Source: Psilocybe cubensis
Taxonomy: Eukaryota
Assembly: GCA_017499595.2 (NCBI GenBank)
Contig: CM039003.1
Location: forward strand, 2,666,001-2,730,000
Direction of reading: 5' to 3'
DNA length: 64,000 nucleotides
Part shown: positions 33,300 through 45,100 of the stretch, piece after piece
How the letters are laid out: each line of letters opens with the position of its first letter
Position numbering within the stretch: position 1 is the stretch's first letter
Program-made: the position numbers and the translations under genes
The notes under the pieces: generated by a model
What the model saw: the letters and a program-made list of their open reading frames with translations, nothing else
Told to the model about the DNA's origin: nothing
Database searches by the model: none

Positions 33300-36235
33300 T
33301 TATCGTGATCGTGGTGCCGTTTTTGTTCCTTCTTCACTGGACATTTGTGCTGGGGATGGCCTCGCGCCCGTCGCCTTCTTCCCTCCTCCTCCACTTGTTG
33401 CAGGCTTTCCTGCACCCATGGTTGGAGGTAACTGCGGATCAGCCAATTTATCCCACTCATCCAACAATCGCTGCCCAACAGTCGGCTCAACCTCTGTCCC
33501 GTCCCGCGAAACCTTGATCTCCCGGTCGTGGTTCCATGGGTTGCGCAGATGCTTCGTGCGATAGAACGGCAGCCTGTCAGTGCAGATCCATTCCACAGCA
33601 AAGCTGTCGCCCCAAGCCTCTTCACCGCGCTGTTTACCACCACCACCACCCGCACCTGTATCTGGGTCACCTTCCGCCACCTCTCCGCTGTCGGCACCTT
33701 CCGGGGGTCCACGGGCTTCTGAATACCCCGCTCCAAACGCGTAATCCACTTCCTCTACCCTCTCCTCAACCTCTTCCACAGCATCCAGCGAAGACCCTCC
33801 AGCTTTTCCACTCGATTTATCCTGCCCATCTGATCCTGAGCCAGACCCAGAACTCGAGCCCGATGACCCCTGTTGGCCACGCAGAGCCCTCAAAGGCGCA
33901 TACCGGTCCAGCTCAAACGCCTCCTCCTGGTGTGGGCGCCGGGGCTGATCCAAGCTGTACATGGTGTCCAACGTTGTCACTGTCGGAAGCTTGTACCCCT
34001 CGCCGAGAAGAGGAGGTGCTGAGTGCCGGAGGTGGCTCTGAGGGTTTCTGAGTGGTCTCGTAGGTGGCAGGCCTGGAGTGACTCCTTCCACTTGCAGAGG
34101 GGATTCGTCCACGAACCGGCCGTCGCTGGGAGAGATGATGTTCGTGACTGGGGTCGTAGGAAGGTGTGGCGTCGTCATTGCACGAATAGGGGGCTGCTGC
34201 GACGGACGTGATGCCCATGAGATACGCGTTTCGCCTCGGAGAACAGGTCCTGACATTCTGTTTGAGAAAAAGCGCAAGTGCAATTCGTGAGTAACATCCA
34301 GCAAAACGACATAACCTGAACCAAAAGAGTGCGCACCTGGCGTGCCCATAGAACTCGCCACTTTTGTTGACACTAAATATCAGGTGAACCTCCTTGCTGG
34401 TCCTGAACGCTTGATCCAAAATCTCCTCATTATGCCTCTGAGTCGCCCAAACACCCCGTTGCACGCTAAGATCCAAATCTTCCTGAGATATAAAACCCAA
34501 AGTAAACGTCTGCTTTCATAAATCGGAAAAAATATTGAAAACGCACTTGAGTCAAAGATTTGAGGATAAAATAGCGTTTTGGAAAGTATCGCGCAAGGAA
34601 ACTGGATGTGGTCGAAGCGTACGATCCAGAGCTACTGGAATGTTTGGTATGGATTGGCCTTCCCTCGCTTTCTTTATCCGCCATAGAGATGCTCGACACT
34701 GCGCTCGCCAGTCGTTCCGACACGCTTGCAGGAGACGTAGACATGCCATCTGAGATCGAAGCCGATAAATCTGACGGATCGCTCGCCCACTCTGGCGCTT
34801 TGCCCTTCTGGTCCCGAATCCAATTGAGATGCATGTTCCTCCCCCGCTGTAGACCCACTCCTGCCTTCAGATCATCATCTTTCTTCCTCTCACGACACAC
34901 AAGTCGAGGGCATCGCGGGTCGTTGGAGCGGAGCGGAACACCATTGAACCGTGCGATGGCTTGATGTAAGTAAGCTTCAGTCTCGTAATTGATGAAGGCG
35001 CAGCTGGAGCGAGAAATCAGGAAAATGGAGAGCACGCCGGTCTTCGCATCCGCCCCGTCTGCCCGTGGCTCAGGTGGCTGATTGAAGAAACGCCATAACT
35101 CATCGTGGCTTGCATCCGATGGTACGTTGCCGGCCCACATCACCCATTCCGACCGATGAGCTGGTGGGTTTGGGTGGTATGGGCGTCGTACACGTGGTTT
35201 GTCGCTGGCCGGATGGCGGCCACTTCCCGAAGAAACGCTCTGAGCAGCGCTGGGGTAACTCTGTTGCATGGGTGGCCCAGCTCCAGAAGGTCCCGGTGAA
35301 TCTGATGGTGTGTGAGAGTCGGGTATATGTTGTGACGGTGAAAATGGGAAATGTAGTGGAGGCGAATGAGTCGGAATGGAAGATGGAACCTGTCCACCAT
35401 GGGCAACTTCTGCTCCGGGGTGTCCGACTTGCGGATACGCAACAGAATAATGGGTGGTATATCCACCGGCATCGAATTGTTGTGGAGATTGAGGAGGGTG
35501 TGGAAGAAAGACCCATGTACCCTGTGGCTCTCCCTCATTTGGTGGTGTATAATGTTGTCCGAATGGGCTAGCGGGATATTGGCCCCCATACATGGGCGAT
35601 GAAGGAAAACCTTGAGGGTGATATGAATAAGTAGGTGCAGGATATGGTAAAGACTGAAATGGCCCGGATGTTATATAAGGAGTGTTCTGGCCAGAAGATG
35701 AAGGTGGATGTGAAGATGAAGGTGAAGAAGAAGACGGCGTGTTTATCCGATGAGGGGGATACATAGACGAAGTACGCGTCCCCGGGAAAGGATGAGAAAC
35801 GTGTGCTTGAGGTTGGAGCATGCTTGGGAAATTGGCGGCGTGTATGGTGTTTATGTTGCTACCATCTGGCATCGTTGGGTGATACGAGTGCGGATAATAA
35901 GGAGATGGTGGATGCCCCATGGTCATATGGCCCGGCTGAGAAGGCATCGTGTATTGTCCAGCGTAGCCAGGCCTTTGACCATAGGGCACTGGCGGGGAAT
36001 AAACCATCGGCGATCCCTGGAACGCGGAGGGGGGATGATTAGGGACATTCTCTGAAGGACTCGGTGAGGATATGACATAGCCGTGGGATGACGGGGCTTG
36101 CGATGTATGTTGAGCGCTCAACCGGTGGCTATTCCCAGACTGCGGACGGGAGCGTCGTCGATTACTTGGTGTTCCGGCCTTTGAACGATCAGGTTTTGAA
36201 GATTCTGACATGCGCTCACTGGCATCACCATGCAT
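33300..36235 (-). CDS. RRM + YTH-domain RNA-binding protein (YT521-B-like); the 5' end may extend further upstream
   Basis: RRM (VMWAGNVPSDASHDELWRFF..SSCAFINYE). YTH motifs RYFILKSL, GVWATQRHNEEILDQAF, VHLIFSVNKSGEFYGHARM and FAVEWI..LPFYRTKHLRNPWNHDREIKVSRDGTEVEP. Confidence 0.9.
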
Positions 36236-38811
36236 AGAATCGTGTGTAGCGCCGGGTTCCCTATCTATTCGATTGAGGACGTTTGGATGTGCAGTAGGTG
36301 TTGCTGGCCCGCTGCTGTCATGAAAAGCTGGATCAAAATCGCCAGAGATATCGAGTAAGTTCGGCTAGGACGTAGAAATTACTGGAAAAGGTACGTACTT
36401 GCACTTGGATACTCCTGGGGGGAATCAGAATTTGAAATTGAATCTAAAGGTGAACGTAAAAGTAAGTCATGACAGAATAAGGACAGAAAGGATAAAATAG
36501 AAAAAGATCAAAGAGAAACGGCCACAACTTCTCTCGGTCTGGACGCGAACACGCAAGTTGACCTTTTTTCGAGCACTCGACCTGATGCACGTGACTGATT
36601 TTATACCATGTGACACGCACCTCGCGATTGGATGCTAGAAAAATAACCTGGCGTACCAGTCCTCACGCTCAACTCGTCCAGCTGGGCTTCGACCATTACG
36701 AGTGAGTAATCCTGAGATCAGCTTGCAATACACGGGCATGATTGTCACTACAAACAGGTGAATGGACATACAAAATGAACATGACTTACAGAAACTGCAA
36801 ACAAAGCTGCGTACCGATTTAATGAGATAACCCAGGTGAGTGTTGTTACTCTTAGCTGCTGCAGGTATTTCTTAATATGTTTTGAATCTGAAGCTGGGGA
36901 ACGTTGAAGGCGGATGTGGGTTCACCAACTATCTTTATGCATTTCAGCAGTGTGAGAAATGTGACGTCAGGGCCATTGCACTGCGAAAACGGGGGTTGCT
37001 TTTATTTTATAACGGAAGCTTGAGTTAGATAATGCGATTCAATAGCGATCAGAGAAGACTCTTGCCTGGTATGGCATGTTTTTATGATATCCACTCCTCT
37101 CCACAGGCTCATGGGTGACCTTGGGGCCCGCGCCGACGGTTACGCGAAGCCTGATGTGTACATTTGGGGGACCCTATGCGCGTCATAGCGTCCCTTTTAT
37201 GCGAGCCGAGCTAGAAGACAGCCGCAGAAGAGCGCAGCGCAGGTCTGGTAAGAAGATTATCCTTGGACGCGCTTGTCCTTGTCGTCATCTAACAAGAGCT
37301 ACCCAGAAATATCAACCCTGTTCCCGGCATCCAGTGCCCCGGGAATAGGTCGATCACCAGAGATGGAAACTGGGGCGAGTTTCGCAGCCGGATAAGCTAC
37401 CGTCGCAAACGTGGGGGTGCTAAAGTGTGGTCGTGGTAGGGAAACAAGCGTCTGAGCATGTTGTGAGCACTGCCAACTGTCCATGAAAAGGGACGATCAC
37501 CATTTTCAATTCTTCCGACCTGTCCAGATTGTCAATGACGTCATCTGTACCGATATGGGCAATGACGATCGTTGACGACATAAATATCATTCTGCTTCAA
37601 TATGAAATTGCACGATGTGAGCGAGTAGAGTCCAGTAGGCGCCAGTGTAGCTGGAACGATGTCCAAAATCATTGGAATCAAGGAAGAGAGCCTAATCCTC
37701 CCTATTGTATAGCAACTATGGTCAGTCGTTCAGAAATTGAACTTGACCAACGTTTTTACTAACCATACTGTGAGAATGTTTTGCAGCCGCTACGTCACGT
37801 TAAATAAGCTTCTGCTCAAAAAGAGTCATGTCCGAGGACAAACTCTCAATACAAACCGCGGCACCAACACAATTAGTGGCGGTTTTCAATCAGATCATGT
37901 ACAAATGTTCTCGTACATGTTCAACGCAATGATATAATAGTCATGAGATGTTCACGTATAGGCAGTTGGCGATGATGCATACCCCGAAATTAGGATTGTA
38001 ATCGCTCGGTGGATAACGCACATAAGAGCCACGCGCCATGATGAGATCATCCGTGCTTCATTAACTATTCAATAGGTCCTGCGCAATGGATGACATTCAA
38101 TGATGCTTCAACAGGCAACTGCATAAGAGTATGTGCCGCAAGCGGCCGTTAGCATTAATATGGTTTTATGCATAGAGTACAGATCTTTTAAAAAGACATC
38201 GCTGTGTCATACCATATGAGTAGTATATCTACTCGACAATGAACCCCAGAAATGACTTTCACAATTGTGCCTGGAAGCCTCAAGGCATGTCTTCGTTTTT
38301 GGAATATGCTCCAACGGGTGGCATAATGCAAGGAAATGATGGACATACTCCAAGAAGCCCAATCGCCCGCAATCAAAATGGAAGCTCGAAATATTTAACG
38401 AGTACTTTTAATAACATAGACAGGCCTGCGACAGCTTGCATCGTCCCCTAATATCAATCGTGAGAACTATCATGTGATCATCGCTGAGTGGGACTTGCAA
38501 ACATATACTAGGAGGGCCTACATCATCGATGAAGCAGGGACGTACTAGATGTCATAGAGTATTTTCTCTGTTAGTATGATGTTGTTGAGTTGAATACTAC
38601 GCAAGCCCCACAGGTAAATATCGTTTTATCACTCCCAACGGTCTAGACCCTGATATCACGTGGAGCGCACCCAACACAAAAATAAGCTGAACGGTGTTTT
38701 ATACACCGTCGACAACTGCTTTGCAGAAAAAATACCGGAATGACAGCAAGGCTGTGCATCTCACAGCGGTGCAGTCAGTAAAAAGGTGGCCATGCTTATA
38801 GTAGTGCATCT

Positions 38812-39180
38812 TGACTCGATGATCAACACTCTTTCTCCTGAGCTAGTATTGGCACAGAGTAGTATTCACCAGGCGATCAACGATCAGAGTCTAACTCGTC
38901 ACTATTTAGCTGTTAATTGAAGATGCAAAACGACTTCGATTGACCTGCAGTAAATGGCGGAACTTCTGGAATCACACGTCTTCCAACCGATTAAACTTGC
39001 AGTTCACGACAGAAAAATTTATCAAGGAGTTGAAAAGATCGAAGCACTGGCAACTTTAGCACACCCTGCAAGCTTTGCTGCCCGGGTGTTAATTATTGAA
39101 ACTCTATGCCCCAGCTTGACTGGAAAGGGTTTCATTGACCATCTAGAGATTTCGACTTCAAGGACAGAACACTTTCCCAT
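38812..39180 (+). pseudogene. N-terminal relic of an F-box family B gene
   Basis: DSMINTLSPELVLA.., IEDAKRLRLTCS, then a 1-nt frameshift at ~38953 before MAELLESHVFQPIKL..QGVEKIEALATLAHPASFAARVLIIETLCP. Similarity is lost after ~39180. Confidence 0.75.
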
Positions 39181-40314
39181 TTATTCAACACTATTACTTT
39201 TTGAAATATATGCTGATATTGACCGATCTCATTCTGGTTATGCTAGTGCTCTTTGTTTTTATTTTGAAACAGTATCCTCTTCCTATCTAGGTACAATGAC
39301 AGCTTTAATTATAGTTGGGGGTGCTTAGGACAGCCTACTTCAGTCTTACTCACGGAAAATTCTTTTTTCATTTTAGAGTCTTCCTTGATATGAGGGAGCC
39401 GGAAAGCCATTCTACACACACCATATCACGACCTTCAAACCCGCTTTACAACCTAAGTTGACAATCTTCTTCTAAATTCATATACTGCCCATGTTACCCG
39501 CTCTATTAGTGATTCATCTCTCTAAGATAGAATATGCACACATAGAAATAGATTGTGCACTATTTGGCGCCCTATAAGCCTTCTATCCTTTACCCATTTA
39601 TCTCTTCACTCACTCACCCGTCGCACCCGAAGCAGCTCCAAGCAGCTAGGGTAAAATTTGTATTGGCAGACGTCCCTATACAGTGTCGTTTTCAACTAGG
39701 GAATGCAAATTTTAGCAGCATCATAGCCACACTCAGTGTACCTTTTGTATCACCTCGTCCTTTACGCCACTGAGTGGTTAAAAAAAGACATACCCAGGTC
39801 TCATAATCAACTAGTGCATTTGGGTCACGAAAAAAGCGGATCGCAACTTCACCGTACCCTCCTCACTATTCGTGAGAAATATCATGTGACCTCCTTTTAT
39901 GTTACGCTCGAACGGACTCTAGTTGAGACCAGCTAAAGAAAAAAAAATAAGAAGAATTTCAGACATGCAACGTGAAAGTTTCCAAGAAGTATCTTACAAG
40001 CTCACACCAAGTATCGTTATATAAATGTACCAGGGTGGGCTGTTACCGGGTAGCCCAAATGCGTCTGCACAGCACGATGAGACAGTCGCGATTTGGAAAT
40101 GAACCAGATGAGTGTACAATAGTTAACCCGGCAAGCTGTGCTTTATGAGTAACATTAGACGACGTTACTACTCACATTGGATCTCACGGGAACCGTTGCT
40201 GAATATAACTCGACTATTTATAGGTCCCAAGTAACATTGAGCGCCATCCATGGCCGATATAAAGCCTGTATCCCTTTAGTTCAACCTTGCCAACTCGCTC
40301 AAGCATACTTCAGG

Positions 40315-42140
40315 ATGAACTACTTACGGTCAGAAAAGACTAGCTTGCTTTGCCTTTCACCCGAGCTCGTGACGGCCATTGCTGAGGAGGTACGCCCAGT
40401 GCACACCATGACCAATGTCTGGATTTTGATCGTGGTTCATTTTTCAGATGCAAGTTGCAGACATAAAACAACTGCGCTTAACTTGTAGCACAATCGCAGA
40501 CTATCTGGTCCCATTGGTTTTTAGGACTATCAAGCTTACCGTCTACGGTAATAAATGTCAGTGGGGAGTTGAGAGAATCGAAGCTTTGGCAAGCGGTACT
40601 CACCCTGCATGCCATGCTTCTCGAGCGTTGATTATTGGGCCGCTATGCCCCGGAAAGCCACTGGATCGCTCATACCTATTCACCTTCGGATACAAAACGC
40701 AGACCATATCTAATCATGCTTCAGAATCAAATGTTAACGAACCACTCGAAATTGCAATCGCCAGGGAGAAGGTGGCATCCCACTTGTTTAATGCCATCAC
40801 ATCTTGTCGGGGCGTTCGTGCTGTGAAGTGAGCACATCCGAATCTTCATTCACCGCTATCATGCTATTATACTTAATACTCTCTTCTAAAGATGGACTCC
40901 AAATGCTGGTGACGAGCAGATAATGCATCAAATTACGATGAACTCTTTGAAAAACCTTCCATCTTTACGCCGACTTCATATTCGCTTCCAAGACTTCGAT
41001 GTTCCTCTGGAAATAGATTCACTAAGGAGTCTCACGGAATTAATAATATCGATAAAAAAGTGCTCATCGGAGCGCCTGAACACAATACTGGACAACGTTG
41101 CTAAAGCAGTAGGGCAGAACCCTGCCCTTGTTTCCATTGAACTTGACGTTAGAGAACAGGAAAGCCGAGACCAGGAAGTCGTCCCTCTCCAACACTTTAA
41201 ACGCTTCCTCAAATATTACTCGACTGCCAATGAACCTATGCGTCTTCGCCACCTGAAATTGACATCATTCAATCTACTCCTTGATCAAATTTCCATATCC
41301 CACCTGCGCCATCTAACCTCACTAAATCTCCGCAACATAAAATGCAAGAATGGGGTCTGGGAGCCTTTCATTGAAGCTGGAATCTGTTTAACAGAAATAT
41401 CTGTTGATTGGGCATCCCAGAGCTTTTGCAATTATCTCGCGTCGTATACTGGATTGAAAAAACTTTCTTTGATGGCATACAACTTTTCGACTGTCGAAGA
41501 TTCCGACACGATGGCCATTCTCTTCTATGAAATTGGCCTGGATAATCATGCTCAGTCACTGGAGGACGTCAAAATCGTACCAATGAGTGAAGGACTTTGG
41601 TGTTTTGGCTCACACAACTACAAGTCAATTGCACAGCTTACAAATTTACGGCATTTGGAGATGAATGTCTTGTCCTATGATGTACGCAATAATGGTGAAA
41701 CTCAGGCCAATGGTACCCAAAAAATTACGGAAAATAATGCTGTAGTGAGTAATTCAGCCCATTTTCCATCTTTTTTTTGTGTATTTATGCTATGTCAGAA
41801 ACATATTGTTGACCTGGCAGTTCTTTGTATGGCAAGCATCGAAACAATTTGTTTGGATTATTCTCCTCCACCGCGAGGGACAGGACGCATGTGTGGAACT
41901 GGAGTATTCAGACAACATAGGTTTGTTCTCAAGCAGCTTGTGATGTGTGTCGAGAGCTATGTCGCCCCTTCTTCGTGTAAACACATCCCGTCCTTGACGG
42001 TCACTACTAAATGGCAGCGACACTTCATAGGCAGGCATTTATCATGGAAAGACGGCGAAATGACAAACTCAATGTTGGTATACGTCGAGACAACTCCGAG
42101 TAATATACGTAGAAGGGCCCTCGTGGAATGGAATAGTTGA
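40315..42140 (+). CDS. F-box-like/LRR-like protein (family B, copy 2)
   Basis: MNYLRSEKTSLLCLSPELVTAIAEE|MQVADIKQLRLTCSTIADYL..GVERIEALASGTHPAC; MHQITMNSLKNLPSL..; exon layout matches 26437-28198. Confidence 0.78.
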
Positions 42141-42186
42141 TAATGTACGGCAATGTTCATTGTACTATTTGTGGACACGAGAAAGT

Positions 42187-45100
42187 TCACAAGCGTAGGT
42201 TGCACTGTTGGTCAACCATGGCATACAAATCTGCTTTGTCCGAACTTTCATCCACTAATGCCTTAAACATACCACCTTCCTTTTGAAGGAGAACACTCGG
42301 GGTATCAAACTCTCTCTGACAACAGAGTCAGTCAGTAAAATGTATAACTTACGTGAAACAGTTCGGACTCACAATACGGCCTTCGTCAAGGACCATCTAC
42401 GAGAAACCTCAGCCTCAAGTTGACGTTGCGCAAAAATATCAGCATCACTTAAAATTTTATCTGCGTCCATTATCGTCTGTAGACGATGCGCCACGGTAAT
42501 GACGGTCGTATCTTTATTCAGTTTTTGCCTCAGGGTTTCTTGTATGATGGCATCAGTTTTGTAATCTAGGAAGTCAAAGGTTAAAGGGGACGTAAGTTTT
42601 CCAAGAAAACGCTTACCAATTGCAGAGGTTGCTACATGAAAAATTATATCATGTATCAGAAACATCCAGATGGCCTGCAATATGCTTACCTTCGTCAAGA
42701 ATCAGCAGTTTTGAGCCCCGGACCATGGCTCGTGCCAGAGCAACAATCTGTCGTTCACCTACTGAGAGATTTCCCCCACCCATAGAAACTTGGTTGTCGA
42801 GACTGATTGTTCTATCGGCTCCTTCATTACGGATCGAGAAAAGCCCAGCAGAGCGTAATGCCTCGTATAAAGTGGCATCATCGTATTGCTCAAATGGGTC
42901 CAAATTTTGACGAAGCGACCCTGGTGAGTAGTGAGTTAGGGAAGGTTCAGCAAACTTGCGACCTACCTGTGATAAGCTCGGGCTGTTTAATTGATAGGAG
43001 TTTCACGAACATTGCACACTTTAAACATATAATGTCCTACTAACCGATTGAGGTATAATTGTGATGTTTGATCTTAATGCATCCAGATTTATGCGATTTG
43101 TCGGGAGCCCATCATAATAAACTGTTCCTTCGGTCAGGATACAGCGCAATAATGCTAACGTCAACGAGCTCTATTAAAGATGTCGTAAGATGTTCAATAC
43201 CATTAGTATCCTTGAAAACAACAAACCTTTCCACTTCCAGTTCTGCCGACTTCATAACATTGTGATTAGCGATAGACCATCCAATCATAATTATGCAAGT
43301 ACCTATTCCCACACGCTTCCCGGATTCAATGTTGAAAGACAGTCCATGCAGGACCTTGGGTCCATCCTAAATTCACATGATTAGCACTGCTAATTGGCAC
43401 AAAAATATAACCACATGCCTCAGAGTATCGTGCTGAAAGGTTTTCTACTATGAGATCACCGCTTTTAGGCCACGTTGCTGGGGGTAGTCCTTCCTTGGTA
43501 GGCAAAGGTTCGTGTTCAATATCGATGTAGTGCTGTACGCGTTCAAGACTGAAAATTAGGGCGATTTAGACGACAAATACATTGAGATATGGATGGCTTT
43601 GTGCTTGCTCACCTGTTTGATTGCAATTCAAGATCATTAAAGACCCTGACCCAAAAGAGAATAGTACTGCAAAAATCTACGGCCATTGTCAATGAGAAAC
43701 CTGTATTAGACGAGCCGATAAAGTTGCCGTAGACAAGGTAAGAGGCCAGAGCCACGGTAAACATGCTTCCCAAGATGTCAGCGCGAATTCCAATCCATCG
43801 ATTAAGATTGAAAGATATCCTTGATATCCTGGTATATAGGTCGATGCGCCTCATTGACTCGGCTTTGAAGTTGGCCTGTGCTCCATATGCGCGAATAGAC
43901 ACTAGATATTGTGTTCATTAAAGAGCATATCACATATTACGCTCACACAGAAATCGTACCTATGCCTGAGATAGCTGCGGTAAAGTGGGCAAGGACTGGT
44001 GCTCGAGCGTTACTAAATGAACTAGAGGTATTAATGCCAAGACTTTAATGTTGCTGAAAAGTTCCTATACCTCCGCTCCCTCCTCACTGGAAGTGATGCC
44101 TTCAAATACAGATTCCCTAAGTATAGACCCAGTGCTGCGACCGCCATACCAGGGAGAAAGAATGATGGCGTAAAAATAACGACTCCCCCAAGATTTACCA
44201 GAAGGCTGATCGTAACCCTGACCAAATCTCGGAATTCTTCAGGGAGTTCTCCATCTATGATACGGATATCCTGGGTGCATCTAGCAATGATTCTAGATGT
44301 CGGAGTTTTGTCAAGCCATCTGCAATATCAATGAAGATTGAATCTAAATGATACATAGCAGAGTACTCATACCGGAGCGTGCATGTCAATATAGAGGTCA
44401 TTAAGACCGAGCTGATTTTACGTAGCGCCTGGATAACGCCAAAAACATAGAATAGGTTTGATAAGATGTTGAAAGCCAGACCCATAAATACAATGGCACA
44501 ATACAGTGATAGATATCTTAAATTTCTTTTCAGGAGCAATGATGCAGGGGATATGACGTGTAAAACTCACAATGATACGCTTACGTCTTGAGGATTGTGA
44601 TTTTCGTATTTCGACCCCCAGTAGCCTAGGAACCATACCTGGAAGCCATTCACACAATTCAGAGCCAGGAAACCTCCCAGAAACACAGAGAAGAAGGCAA
44701 CCGGATTGTCACCAGCCAAAGCTGAGAGATACAACTTGAATGATTTCCATGTGATATGCCCTGTAGCAATTTCTTCTGCGACTACAAGTTTTCCACTGGA
44801 AGCGATTTCTTTCTCGTCAATAGTCATATCAGTCTCTTGGTTCCAGACATCTTCGCTGTTGTCAATAAATTCATTTCGGAGAGCCGATTCTTGTGAGAAA
44901 CCATTTTTGAAGTCAGTTCCTTGTGTGACAATAGCACCATCATGGCCAAGAGAAACTATGAATCCTGAAATAGGTGCAAGGAGCGCAATATTGTGAGTCT
45001 GTTGTAGAGATTGTATTAGTGAGTAGATTTTTAAAACAAGTTATACTTACTACTAGTAAAATGGTACGGTCTTGTACGAGATCCCCGTTGAAGCACTTGT

